From Chrysomallon squamiferum (taxonomy: Eukaryota > Animalia > Mollusca): DNA of 64,000 nucleotides. The first letter of the stretch is position 1; every line of letters begins with the position of its first letter. Under the pieces are notes generated by a model. The model worked only from the letters and a program-made list of their open reading frames with translations, was not told the DNA's origin and did not search any database. The DNA is taken from NCBI GenBank assembly GCA_012295275.1, contig CM022670.1:42284001-42348000 (forward strand). Reading direction: 5' to 3'. A program made the position numbers and the translations under genes. Below, in pieces: positions 33,306 through 47,800 of the stretch.

Positions 33306-33462
33306 ACACACTTTGTGTGTTTTAACAGTGTATATATATGTTTTAACAGTATCCATAATCAGTATTTTTATGTTTTAACATTCATAAACATTATTTTTAT
33401 AATGTTTTAACAGTATACATATTAATGTTTTAGCCGTGTATATATAGCCTACTTAGTACTTT
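33111..33462. repeat. ~350-bp imperfect palindrome centred on a (TA)n tract
   Basis: AAAGTACTAAGTAGGCTATATATACAC...CTGATTATGGATACTGTTAAAAC...CACACAAAGTGTG is mirrored by CACACTTTGTGTG...GTTTTAACAGTATCCATAATCAG...GTGTATATATAGCCTACTTAGTACTTT. Confidence 0.92.
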
Positions 33463-33940
33463 ATATATATATATATAGTGATTACAACATTTATAAATGT
33501 ACTAGGTTAAAAAATCACACATGTAATTCTGTTAAAACATTTTATGAAAGTACTGAAAATAAAAATGGGTGTACAGAATCACTCGGTGGTTATATTTAAA
33601 CACTCTATTCCAGAGCATGGGTTGTCTTCCCATGATAAAATTGGGATGGTTTAGTTCATACTATTTACTCTGGTTAGAAAATACTACTGTAACATGATCT
33701 CTGAAAATAACTTGCAACTCATCTAGATCTCACAGAAATGTCTCATTATGACAATTTAACATTATTTTAAACATTACTTTCGTCTAAGTAAATAAACTGC
33801 AAAATCAGTATCTAAATGAAGCAATAAATTTTATAGGGTTTATTACAATTACATTTACAAAACGAAAATAAATTTTATACTGTAATTTATTTTAATTATA
33901 AATGAACTTGAATAACATTACATTGGAATAATTGACTGAC

Positions 33941-34351
33941 CTCCGTGACAGGTTTAGTTGCACGTTCAGCTTCCAGGAAGTGAGGGCAAATACCTGTTTG
34001 GCCACGTTACCTTACACAAAGTTACAGTGTCACACCTTGTTCTTAACAACAAAACTATCCTGCGTATCAAGATATCTGTCGCTTAGTGCATAACTTTACA
34101 CACATACATATTTCATTCTTTTATTTTATTTTATTTTATCATTACTTTATTATATGTTCTATTAAAATTATATATTTTGATATATATATTAAATGTTTTA
34201 ATTATTATTATTTCATAACCTGTATGATCTATGGCAAATCTTCATTATCAGAAATGGAACATCATTGTTTTTGAAAAAGTAATTGGTATATAGTCATCAT
34301 AAAGACGTTTGTTAGACTGCTTTCATTTGAATTTTTAAATTTTATTTATTT

Positions 34352-34393
<42 letters not shown>

Positions 34394-34567
34394 TTTCTCA
34401 GAGGTAACTACAAAGCGTTACAAAAGAAGCATATACTGTATAAAAAGAATACTGGAAAGCGGTGCAAAGAAAAAGCTACAGTCTACGAAATAACAACTAC
34501 TGAACTAGGTTTCCGGTTGTATTTATTTTCGAAACGCAAATAAACACACATTAAAACATTGTTAGAA
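33941..34567. promoter_or_regulatory. Divergent promoter region of GALE (non-coding exon 1) and RTF2
   Basis: Minus-strand donor GAG|GTCAGT at 33941/33940. ETS-like CAGGAAGT near 33974 and TTCCGG near 34511, just upstream of the RTF2 ATG. Confidence 0.55.
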
Positions 34568-37500
34568 ATGGGATGCGACGGAGGAACAATTCCAACACGA
34601 GATGAATTAGTTAGGACTAAAAAGAAACCAGAACAAGTAAGTATATTAAAATATGATCTAGATCCACGGCTCCTAGAACCAGAGTGTAAGCTACACGACT
34701 CAGTAATGCTGATGGTAGTTGTAGTAATACTAATAGTAGTAGTAGTAGTAGTAGTAGTAGTACTGATATAAGTGGCTAATACCTCATGGATATTATTATC
34801 TCATAGTAATGACTACAATGCAGTTTATAAACTGTCCAACTGTTGTAAATATTTATCATGTTGTTTATCATGAATAAATAGTTAAAATAATAATTACTTA
34901 AAATTTAAGTTAAAAAAGGTATTTGACAAAATTTTCGTAGGAAAATTTTATATCAGCAGAAAGAGCAAAACAATATGTCAATATAAAAAATGTTACAAAT
35001 TTTGGTTTTTCCCACAGAATTTATACAAAAGAGAAACTGATTCATTTCTGGCATTCTGCAATATAAACACTGAATGTGTCATACCAGTATACATGTTTAA
35101 TCTATTAAGCATGTTGCTAAAGCTCATTAATTTTAATTAATTAAATAATTGCATTAATTAGCTCAAAGCTATCGTGCATCAAAATTATGTATTTCTAAAA
35201 ACTCCATAGAAATTAAACCAGAACACAAAAAGATCATTTTTCAATATTACTTTCAAAATAAACAAAATATTGAACTTCTCATACAACAATAACAACAGCA
35301 ATTACTACAGCTGTGTCATTTGTTGAAAACACCATACATCTTAGTACTCAATCTTAAGTACCAGCTATCTCATTTATTTGTATGAAATTTCTCAGACTGG
35401 GAGAAAGGCAAATCTGCAACTTATGTATGATATAAAGTCCCACAGAAGCGTATCTAGTCAAACAGCTATTATTTTGAAGTAGTAAACTTGGCTGTTGATT
35501 TTCCATTATTTATCAAAGGTCATATCAAGAAATATGTGCGAAAATGAAGCTGAATATTTGTTGTTTTTGAAAATATGTAAAACTAGTGATGAAACAGCAA
35601 CTCAAGTGAGGGAATTCTCTTCAAGGAAAGCAATTTTGGTGACAAAAATTGGATGATATTTTGCTAATGGTGCAAAATGGCTTTTGTCACATACCTATCA
35701 TGTTGTTTATCATGACTATATGAATAATAGCAATCTATATATAGAATCAAAAACAGAAAAAGACTACCATTTCAAACTTTCATAATTAGTGGCTCAAAGC
35801 AGTGTATTTAGTTACTTTGATGTGCCTTGATTTGTTTGTTTTACCTGTTCTCATTCAAACATACTTTACTGTCCTAAAGTCTTGTTATTTTCACTGTTCA
35901 TACTCATATGTGTAATTAACATTACCATAACCAGACTCATGACTCAACACTAACAACTGACTTAGTAAAACAATTCCAAATTCAAATTCTAGTTTCTTCA
36001 TGCAGTAATGTGATTGGTAATGATAATCATGAGAGAGGTTGTAGTTAATTTTAAAGTAATCATGAAATTACAAAATCATTTTTAAAATATGTTACTATTC
36101 AACACGTGATTATGACACTTATTTTTTGACAGTTATGAGATAACTACATTATTGGTGTACAGAAAGGATGAATCAAATACAAAATATTATTACAGCCAGA
36201 CAATGAGATGATGTTTGCCTGTCATGTAATTCACTGCAGTTGTACAAATAATTGTTTGAACATTTTGTTGACAAAAAAGTGATGTCAGGTATTTAGAAAT
36301 GTGATAGTTTAATGTTTATCATGTCAGCTGAAATTTTTATTTTGTATAGATAATATAAAAATAAAGAATACTTTAAATGTTTCTTTTCTATTTAAATATT
36401 TAGAATGTTGCTAATGTTTTGTGAAGTCTGTATTTAGATTATTGTTTTGTGAATTTATTGTTATACATACTCTGTTTAGATTAATGTTTATTGAATTCTA
36501 TATTTACATTGTTTAGTGAAGTCTGTATTTAATGTTTTGTGGTGATTTCAGAAAGACAAAATAGCAGATCTTGTTGCCAAGTGGAAACACTGCGCTCTTA
36601 GTCAGGACCCACTTATACCACCAATTATGTCTTGTCAACTTGGCAGGTAAGTTTTTATTTTAACACTGACTAACTCACTGAAATTAATTAATATTTTGCA
36701 TTGTGAGTGTGTGACACTTACTTTAAGTAAAATAATATCACTGATATTGTAGTTACATGACAGTGGCAAAAATAGCATGTTTCTTTTTTCAGGCTTTACA
36801 ACAAGGAGTCAGCACTGGAATTCTTACTGGACAGGACAAAATTTGACTGTGCTGCAAGTTTTGATCATCTTAAAAGTTTAAAGGTTTGTCTCTGATTTTT
36901 AAAAAATGCCACCTTTTTAGGGTCAGATATTTTGTTTGTGTAACACTAACATAATTATTTGGATGAAACTGCCTCACCTGAGCTCCAGATTTAGATGGGA
37001 CCATTGGTCAAGTGTCATTTTAATTTTTTTTTAACAAATAACAGAGTTTAATTGGTAGCTTTGAAACAAGATGTGGAAGATTGGGGTCAGTTAAATTAGA
37101 CCCTGATGTAGCTCATGGATTACCAATTACATTAAGGCTTTTGATGTAAGGTACATCATGAAATACTGCTGATTATGTAGGCCTGTCTTTATTATAAATG
37201 TGTTTGTGAGTTAAATATAAATGTTGATAATTTTCAGTTTAAAACAGTGGATTTATTACCTGCCTTGTTACAGTTTCAGCTACAGATTTGTCTTTTTCAG
37301 TTATTGCTGAATGTGTTATTACAGGCATCCATTGTATTTTCAAACAATTACAGGTCAATGTCATTTCTTCTACCTGGAGAAGAATTATCACATTACTGAT
37401 GCTAATTACTTGCACAAATTATTTTTATTTCTATTATTTTAGAATAGCATATTTGTTAACACACAATACATATATTTTCAAGTTTCTGTGGATGGAAAAA

Positions 37501-39707
37501 TGATTTGTTATTGACCGACATAAGAATCTGATAAACAAATCAAACAAAAAAGAACTGTCATTTTTTAATTATTATTATTGTAAGTGAGATGCTTTATAAG
37601 TGTTGTTTTAAACTAGGATCTACGACAGTTAAATCTGACAACAAATCGCGGCTACAGTGGAGGCCGGGCTGAGAAAGGTGGCTGCTACATTGATACACAG
37701 GCTTCTATCTACATCTGCCCAGTGGCTGGCCTTGAAATGAATGGAAAATACAGGTAAAGTACCAGTCTACAGAACTTGTTTTTAGTTCTCCAGCAACAAT
37801 CAGAAAATACTACACATTTGTTTGGTAATAAACAGAAAATATTACACAGTTAATGCTGTTATTAATATTATCATATGCAATTATTTAAATTATTATTTCT
37901 GATATTGAAAATTGGTTATATTCCACTGAAAGATACTTTTTGTTATTATGACAGATTTTGTTTCCCATGGTCATGTGGCTGTGTTATTTCTGAAAGAGCT
38001 CTGAAAGAAGTTCCTTCTAAAGTCTGTCACAAGGTATAATCTTTTTATAAGTTTGCACATGTGCTTTATATTTTGTAATTTACTGATGTAATTTTATAAT
38101 TTGTTATTCACTGATTTATATTACTGTTTGTTATTCACTGATGTATTTTACAATTTGTTATTCACTGATTTATATTACAGTTTGTTATTTACTGATGTAT
38201 TTTACAATTTGTTATTCACCAATTTATGTTACATTTTGTTATTTTCTGACATATTTTACAATTTCTTATTTACTGATGTATTTTGTCACTTACTGAGAAA
38301 CTCATTTAATAATTTCTTATTACTGAAATGTAAATGTACATTGTATTTTCAGTGTGGTGTCAGTGTCTCTGAAGACGACATTATCATTCTGAACCCGTCA
38401 GAGCAAGAGTTGGAGAAAATGAAAAATCAGATGGAGGCAAGACGTCTCAGAAACAGACGTGAAAAGGTTTAGTTTTTTTCTTTAGGAAGAGTTTTATTTA
38501 CCTGCCTGTGTTTTTAAATATCTAAGATTTGAGAAAAGAAAAAAGATATAAATAAAAGTAAATTATTGGCAGAAAAATTATAATTCATAATAACATTTTC
38601 ATTTAAACAGATCAGATTATTTGCAGATAAATAACAGAGATGGTTTGATAGATCTAGTTACAGTACATTTTTCTCAAAACATAAAAAATAAAATAGTGAC
38701 TAAAACACTTCTCAAAATTGAAACAGAAAGTGCTTATTAACAAAAGTAGATTGTTTTAAATTTTTTGCTTTTTTCAGAAATCACGAAAAGCTGAGAAACA
38801 CAAACTTGACAGTGGTGCAGCTGAAGGTAAGTAGTTGTTTGTAAAGTGATAATTTAGAACATTGTCACATAGACAACTTTTACTTCATTGTAGATTTCTT
38901 TACCATTCTAAACATTAAATATCTGTAATACGGAATTACTTTTTTCGAAGGGATTTTAGGAAACTACAAATATTTTACTGTCAGTTACACTATTTGAAAA
39001 AGTGTTTTGATAAAATTACAGCTTTGATAAAATTATAGGGTTTTTGGTTTACATGAAAAAATTACAGCTTTGTTGGTTTACATAATAAAATTACAGCTTT
39101 GTTGGTTTACATGATAAAATTACAGCTTTGTTGGTTTACATGATAAAATTACAGCTTTGTTGGTTTACATAATAAAATTACAGCTTTGTTGGTTTACATG
39201 GTAAAATTACAGCATTGTTGGTTTACATGGAAAAATTACAGCATTGTTGGTTTCATATAAATTATCCAACACTGACACATAAACTGAAAGTAAAGGTGAA
39301 ACCCTGCACTCTACTATTTAAAACAATCAGAAACAATTTTAATGTGTTAAAACCTGAAAATACATATGGTTTTACGTAAAGGGCTATTAATACAATATTT
39401 TGCTTTGTTACAAGATGGACCAACAACCTCCAAACAGGAAAAGTTAACAGAATCACTAGTGACTGAAAACAAAACATGCAATGGAACTTCAGGAAAATTG
39501 GTAACTGAATACAGATCAAAGTTAGCCAGTGGAAAAAGCGAAGACAAACTGTCCAGTGTTAAAACAGAAGACAGAACAAACAAAGTGAACGGGATACAAC
39601 AGGATCCTGCAGCCAGCTCTGTGTATAAATCACTTTTCACTTCATCAGAGAAAGCAAAAAATCAGCAGAAAGCTCACTGGGTCACTTTCAATCCAATGTA
39701 TTATTAA
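34568..39707 (+). CDS. RTF2: Replication termination factor 2
   Basis: Exons 34568-34636, 36552-36646, 36793-36883, 37617-37753, 37955-38033, 38353-38466, 38778-38826, 39415-39707 are in frame: MGCDGGTIPTRDELV...WKHCALSQ...CQLGRLYNKE...ICPVAGLEMNGKYRF...CGCVISERALKEV...CHKCG...VYKSLFTS...AHWVTFNPMYY. Confidence 0.97.
34917..35696. mobile_element. Old TIR element in RTF2 intron 1
   Basis: Inverted termini AGGTATTTGACAAAA / TTTTGTCACATACCT. Internal blocks are similar to the reverse complement of 62150-63146. Confidence 0.6.
39010..39260. repeat. 29-bp minisatellite in the last RTF2 intron
   Basis: Unit AAAATTACAGCTTTGTTGGTTTACATGAT. Confidence 0.93.
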
Positions 39708-41896
39708 TAACTAAATATCTCTGTGACACTCAATTTTATAAACTGTTAATAAACCTCACTGGGTCACTTTCAACCCAGTCTGTTATTAATAAATAAATAT
39801 CTCTGACATTCAATTTTATAAACTGCTAATAAATATCAGTCACTGACTTGCAATCTTATAAACTATTCAGAGATGTTCAGACTTGTAAAATATTAATATT
39901 TGCTGATGAGATAGAATTCTGTTATTATGTTGTTAAAGATGACTTTCAACTAGGTGTACCATGAGTAAATTAACTTTATTACACAGCTACTACACATTTC
40001 ACTTGGTGACTTTAACCCAGTGCAAGTATCAATGTGTGCTATTGAGAGAGGTTATTATTAACTGACGTTTGTGTCAACATGTCGACATGTACTATTGACA
40101 TTGCTTGTAACTGTCAACACATTAAAAGAAATTATTTGTGAATGTCAGCATGTTTGTACACTGTCAACATGTACTATTAAGACAGGTTACAAATAATGTC
40201 TGTGTACTATTAAGAGGTTATTTGTAACAGTATAAACATATATTTGTAATAAAAGTTATATGCAAGTGTCAATATATACTTTTAAGAGAGCTTACATGTA
40301 ATGTCAACTTGAACTATTGAGATGTTTCTTAAAGTGTGAATTGTAAGAACACACATACACACACACACACACATACAATTTTAATGTTGAATAATTTGTT
40401 TCAATAAATAAATAAAATTTTGTTTTTGTTGACATATATTTTATTTTTATTTTACATTCAAGTCAAGTTGAATAAGAACAAAAATGAGTTTTATAATAAC
40501 AATCTTTGTTAGTTTCAAGTACATTTCACTTGCTAATAAAAGTGATAAATTCAAAAATAATGAAATAATACCATATATACATTTCATCATGTTCACATTA
40601 TAGAAATTAAAAACAACAACCCCCACCCACAATTTTATATGGCCTTTTGTAAATTCTAGACACATACAAAATAATAAATATTTACAGTTGCTGGTACAAT
40701 ATTACACACCTCTTTGTCGTTATATATTAATAACATACATACAACATTAGAAATAATATTGTATAAGTAGTAAATATTGAAAATGTGCCCCCCCTCCACA
40801 CACACACAAATAATCATTAAAAAACAAATTATTATTTAGTGTTGAAATTAGTTATTAAAAGGAAAATTCTGGAAAGTGTCACCTATAATTAAGCTGCAGC
40901 TTACTTAAATACAGTAGCAGTTGAATATTTACAGATTCCCTTGCTATAGAAGTTATACTAGCTAAAAGCGGAGAAAGAGCTAAACACACGTGAAGTCACT
41001 GAAGATGTAATAATATGAAGATATATTAAAAAAAAATTAATAAGTCTGCCAAATGTCAGAAAATTTTAAAACTGAAACCACAACAAAATTGAGAAATACC
41101 GACAACAAACTAAAAGGAGTGAAATTTTCTTTAAAAAATAATGAATTGTAGGGAATAAATTCAGAAATAACGATAATAGAGCCAAAAATATTTATAATAC
41201 AGATTAGAACAATTTCATAAATTTAAAATAATTTCGCAGTTATATTTATTTTATTTATTTATTTAAATCTGAATTATTTGTCAGTGGTTTCGGGTTCGGT
41301 CGATTTTCTGGTCAATTGTCGTTAGAAATTAATACTTCCGGCTGCTGACTACTGTTGCAAGTGAAACTATTTTCCAATTTTTCATTTACATTTCTATTTC
41401 AAATGTAGCTATTATTATCATCAAAACAAGGCAAAACAAACAAAACAAATTAAAATAAATAAATATTATAAAACAAAATAGTAACAACAGTTAATAGTAA
41501 AAAATACAAAGAGAAAATAAATCACTGATATTATTGTTAGTTATATAAATTAAATGAACACTTTCAAACTCCTCTGTAGTCACTAGATCCAATAATAACA
41601 AGTTTCGCCAAATATGACGTTTTAGCTAATGTTACAAAAATAATAATAATAAATAAATAATAATAATATAGCATTATAACTTAGTTATCATAGCAGAGGG
41701 CTGACTTAAAAATGAAAGTGGTTTTGTAACGTACAGTTTTATTGAAATCTCGCTAAATCGCGTGTACCTTTATTGACTTGTAGACCGATTATTCTTGTGT
41801 ATAAATTATAAGTGAAGTCGTCAAACTGTTGTTTTCTTTGCTTTCAGATATATATATATATTTTAATTTAGCGTGTATGCATCTAGCAGACTGTTT

Positions 41897-44800
41897 ATGG
41901 GCCAAAGTTCTTCTCAAGCGATGTCACAGCCTATAATCATTGCTGCTAGGGCACAACATACAGCTTCGGTAAGTAAAATGCTGTGATTCACAGCTTCTCG
42001 GATACATCATGATCATACTGTGACAGTGATACTGTTTTATTAGTCACTAACTATTATGATCGAAACCTAAGCCTGCCGCTGTATAGCATATAGGGCTTAT
42101 ATTTGGTGAAAGAATGATTCAGTAATGTAACTGTTTAGATTCACCCTTTGTAACGTTTGTTTAGTTATAATATTAGCAGAGACTTTACTCAGTGTTATTA
42201 CTATTAATGTTCTGCTAATATTTTTATGTTATTGTTTTTAAATTATTGTTATTTTATTTATTATTATCATTTTTTATACTGCTAGTGCAATTCTAAAAAG
42301 GTCATATAAAACAGTATAATCTTGTCATAGTTGTCAGATGAACCAGTAATTTCATTATTAATTCAAGCAGCCATGCTTTGTAACCAGAACAAGATTTTAA
42401 GACAAGTACATGGCATTTTATTATAAACTCATGGGAAAAGAATTTTACTAGTTTAAAACTGAAAATTAAGAAAAAACGGGTTAAGACTAAATCAAATCAA
42501 AATACATAGCCCAAATACTGTATGCAGGAAATTATAGTAGACTGGTGGACACATTGGGGGTAGTGCCAAAAAAAAAAAAAAAAAGAGGACATTTTCTATG
42601 GACAAACATGCAGTTAAGTTATACAAAAACAAAATTAATAATAATAAATAAATAAATAATGGATTAAAAGGCATGTCAGATGTCCTCAGTGATTAAAAAA
42701 TAAAATAAATAAATGAATAAATAAAATGTAATAGATAAAATAAATTAAAATAAAATCACCACAGGAATATCATGACTAACAGCAGAAGAGCACAAGCAAG
42801 CCCTTGGTATGCTTGACATAGTAAACATGCACATGACAAGAATTGCACTGTTTCTGTGAAGAACTTTGCAGACTGATAGAGCAGACATGAAATAAGACAG
42901 GCAGATACAGGGTAACCAAGCCCTATGACAACCAGTATTTGCATACCTTGAATCTCTGGTGATATTGGCTACTGCAAACAACATAATCAGCAGGGAATGG
43001 TTTAGGTCACAAGTTAGTAATGGACTCTCAGAACAATGTCTGACAGAGTGAAAACATTACTGACAGTGCATTGTTGACATTGAAGTTGAGACAGAACAAC
43101 TAGGTACAAACACTGCCAGTCACTCAGTGTGCTGCTGTGGGCTGTGTAAACCACTGCATGTGTAATGTCTGGTAGATGTGTGGCCTGGTGTTGAACCATT
43201 CAGTTTGGAACAACAGAAACTTCTGTGCTAGGTGTTAGGTAAATCTCTAACATATCCAGATAAATGTTTGCTGTGAACTCAGTGAAAAAGAAATGACCTT
43301 TAACCATGTTACGAATTAATCTACACCACATATTCACTTTAACAGCAGCATATCTGTTAGTATATTGTTATTTATACTTTGAAAACAAGGGTAATGGACA
43401 TCTACCATGATAAAGAGATGAAAACTTGATGTGAAATCAAATACTGTTTAGATGTTCTCTAGGTAGAAAAAGGAGTACAGGTACCAGACCAATTATCCAG
43501 ACTCCTTGGGGTCTGAGGCAATCTGGATCTCTGGATTTCAAGGCATCTAAATATATAAATAATAAGGCATAAACATTTTAAAATTAAAAACAGAAAGACA
43601 ATTGACGATAGACAACTGTGGCAACTTGACACATAAACAATGTAGTTTAGGTCTGGTGAGGAGAACACCCACATTTGAAATGTCCTGAAAATAGCGTTGG
43701 GAAAAAACTTCGGTTTTCTGTTCTTTCTGGATTTCGGGATGCTGAATAATTGGTCCGGTACCTGTACATGTTCATGAATACAATTAAAAAAAAATAAAAA
43801 ATGAAAATATGTTAACACCTCCACATGTTTGTATCTGTCATATACTTTGTGTAATAAATGTTTAGAATCAGGGAAATGCCTAATGGTTATCCGGTATAGG
43901 GTCATTCCGTGTCAAATCACCCAATGGGTTAAACCCGACCATCTCAGATTTTTTATCAAACTTGGTATACTTGTTGACTGGGATCCCACAGCACCAAATC
44001 TGAAATATTAGCCCAATCGGATCAGTGGTGTGGGAGATAAGGCCCAACATTTACCTTTTGACCTTTGCTATGACCTTGCAATTGACCGTGTGGATCACGT
44101 GACCTTCAGATGACCTTTATTTAAATTTAATCTCCCACAACTTAACTAAAACATATGAAAGTTTCCTGGGTGTAATATTTTTTGTTTAGCCACAATATAG
44201 ATTTAAAAAATGCACATACATGAAAATAACACCTTTTCAGCCGATTAACTAAAACCTGAATGATCAATTCTGGATGCTAGGAATCACTATCTCTTTTTAT
44301 TTCCCGGACATATTCTACTGTTCTCGTCACTTTCATAAAACTGGACTATTTCCTCCTTCAATTCATTTGACAGAACTTTCCCTTGTTTCTTATCAATTGC
44401 TTATTAATTTTCTTGTTTTTAAATCCCTGTTAATTATTATTGTCTAAACCAAACTAAGCCATTGCTTAATTAAATGGACCAGAAATATTGAAATCTGTTT
44501 TTCTTAGATCTTTAAGCTTTAGCAGGAATTATTCTTTCATTATATTTGATTTTCTTATTACTGTTTATTTTTAAAAGACATATTCAGTTTTTATAAGTGA
44601 TTTTTTTTTTCTTCCAGGATTATTCCTGCTCTTGTTAATGTACAGTATTTTATTATTGTTTGTTATTACTGTTTATTTTTATTTTATTCAAATTGCAACA
44701 TAATTTTTTAAGGTTTTATAAGAGAATTACTCTGTTGATCTTGGTTAATTGATAGATAATTGTTATTTATTGTTAGAAAATTGTAGAAATATCTGAGAGA

Positions 44801-47800
44801 GGGAAGTTGGAGAGTTAAGTCTATAGAATAGGTGTATAATTTTAGCAATAATAATAATAACAACAACAACAAAATACAACAATAATAATAGCAAACTAAT
44901 AATAATGGCAATAACAATAGCAATAATTATAAAAAAAAAAAAAAAAAAAAAAATTTGAAAGATGTACTCATTCACATAGTCAGATGCATATAGAAAGAGA
45001 AAGATCAATCGAACAACAGAGATAGTTCTTTTATAAAATAAATGTCAGCTTCATCTTCTGAATGATGCTGTACAAGTTCAGGAACATGTTGAAGAAAAGA
45101 GAAATTCAAGAAGTCTGAATCCTACCCAGAGCGTGTGCAAATCTTGACTTTGTCACCCTTTACCATTGAAAGGACAATGAATGAATTTAAACAACGAATT
45201 ACCTTATGAAAAAAAGCTGTGTGGTGAAGAAAGAGAAAGTGATTCTATCCCTCTGTGATAAGAAACAAGGGAAAGTTCTGTCAAATGAATTGAAGGAGGA
45301 AATAATCCAATTTTATGAAAGTGATGAGAACAGTAGAATATGTCCGGGAATGAAGGATACAGTGAACATTTGAAACAGATGGTGAGAAGGTTAAGCATCA
45401 GATTGGCCCAGTAGTTCCTGAGATATGAGGGTTCAAAGGTTGGTGGTCACACCCATTTTTGTCAAAAATCTCAAAATTCGATGGGCCATATCTCCCACAC
45501 CACTGATCTGATTGGGCTAATATTTCAGATTTGGTGCTGTGGGATCCCAGTCAACAAGTATACCAAGTTTTATAAAAATCTGAGACGGTTATGTTTAAAT
45601 TTCTTTTTTTTGGGGGGGGGGGGGGATTTGACATGGAATGACCCTATTGTATAAATTTTATTTAATTAAAAGTTAAATAACTGTCTTTCACATCCTATGC
45701 AAAGCATGAAATAAAATTGATATATGAATTATTGTGATTACAAAACAATATATAGATATATCCTGATGACCTTGTTTTAATATTTTCAGTTGATCTTTCT
45801 ACATGGCTTGGGAGATACTGGGTGAGTTTGAAATTTACTTTTTTATCAGTAGTTTTAATCATGTAATAATTTTATGTTTAGTTATTGTTCTTTAGAGTGA
45901 TTATTCTGTAGGAATTTTTGGTTTCCTATACAATTAAGTATTATTAAATATATTAACACTGGGATTTTATTTATTTATTTGTAAGTTAATAATTTAAATT
46001 TTTTTCCCCCCCATATATCACCAAAATAGTGGGGTTTTTTTGTTCAGGTTAAAGATACATTTAATATATTTTCTGATTCATTAGGTGATGCACCTTTTGA
46101 AAAAATACATCTTTGAATATTTCTTTTCTAATTTTTAAATTTTTGTTCTGTTTTACTGTTTGTGTCAATTTTTGTATACTTAGCACTCATCATTTTCTTT
46201 TGTATTTTAATTAAAATTTTAAAATAATTTTTCTAGTTTTTACTTGTTACTTTTTCTCATCACTTGTATGTTACCGTTGTGGCTTTGGCAACATTCTGCA
46301 TACTGACTAACACATTGTGAGATCTCTTATAGTAAAGCAGCATTGTCAGTGTTACTTGATGTGAATTTTGTTGTTTATTTTAGACATGGCTGGTCTGAGG
46401 GTTTGCGCAATCTCGAGTTACAAAACATGAGATGTGTCTGCCCAACAGCGTGAGTACTTGGTTAAGAATAGTTATTGAAATGTGTTACACAGTGAGTACT
46501 TCATTAAGAATAGTTATTGAAATGTGTTACACTGTAAATACTTTGTTAAAAATAGTTATTGAACTGTGTTACACAGTGAATACTTTGTAAAGAATAGTTA
46601 TTAAAATGTGTTACACAGTGAGTACTTTGTTGACACTTTGGTGAGCACTCGATACACCTCAGGGTCAGCCAGGTGTTACTCACCAGACAGAAAGGGGATT
46701 TGAATTATTATTTTTTTTATTTTGATCACAAAAATAGCATCATCAGCATTCCAAAGTGTTAACAATAATTATTTGTATTATGTTTGTGTATATTTAAGTT
46801 GTTCTAACCTCACAATGAAATTATGAAGATCTGTAATGGTCAGTTTTTTAAAAACTGTTAAAACTGCATCGTGTAACTTGGAGTTTGCTGATTGCAGCCT
46901 AGATGACTTGTTTGAACTATTTGTTAAAAGTTTTTCTAACAAAGGTGAAACATGGTGGAAGATTTATAAAACTTACTTAAAACTGTCATTTAACACTTTG
47001 TCATTCATCTTGCAGCCCTTATAAACCTGTCACATTAAATGGAGGGATGATGATGCCATCTTGGTATGTAATCATCTTGATTGTTCTAATATTTACCACA
47101 ACCATGTTGTTTAAAATGAAGACTGTAAAATTTTATAATATCTGAAACAATTACTATCAATTTGAATTCATTCATAGTTGTAGTATATCAACTTTTTATT
47201 AAAAATATTATTTCTGTTTCTTTAAAATTTAAAAAATAAAAATAAAAACAAATAAGCATGATTTTTAATTGTATGTTTTCTTCAGTTAAAGAGAGTTTAC
47301 TTCTGTTTAGGTTTGACATCAGAGGGCTATCACCAGATGCAGATGAAGATGAAAATGGTATAAAGGACGCATCCACCACATGTAAGTTTGTAAATGTAAA
47401 TGTCAAGGTTGTTCATATACACAAGTATGTAAACTTGTTAAAGTGTGTATGTAAACTAGTTAAAGTGTGTATGTAAACAGGTTAAAGTGTATGTGTACAC
47501 TGGTTAAAGTGTGTATATAAACTTGTTAAAGTGTGTATGTAAACTGGTTAAAGTGTGTATGTAAACTGATTAAAGTGTGTCTGTAAACTGGTTAAAGTGT
47601 GTATGTAAACTGGTTAAAGTGTGTATGTAAACAGGTTAAAGTGTATGTAAACCGGTTAGAGTGTGTATGTAAACTGGTTAAAGTGTGTATCTAAACTGGA
47701 TAAAGTGTATGTAAACTGGTTAAGTGTATTTAAAATTGTTAAAGTTTATATGTAAACTGGTTAAAGTGTGTATGTAAACTGGTTAAAGTGTGTATATAAA

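Noticed and set aside
39262-39640. Antisense ORFs over the last RTF2 exon (also 63571-63897)
   Set aside because: Shadows of real coding exons with no independent support.
42480-43900. Short ORFs in LYPLA intron 1
   Set aside because: No recognisable domain or consistent splicing; probably decayed repeat sequence that I cannot classify.
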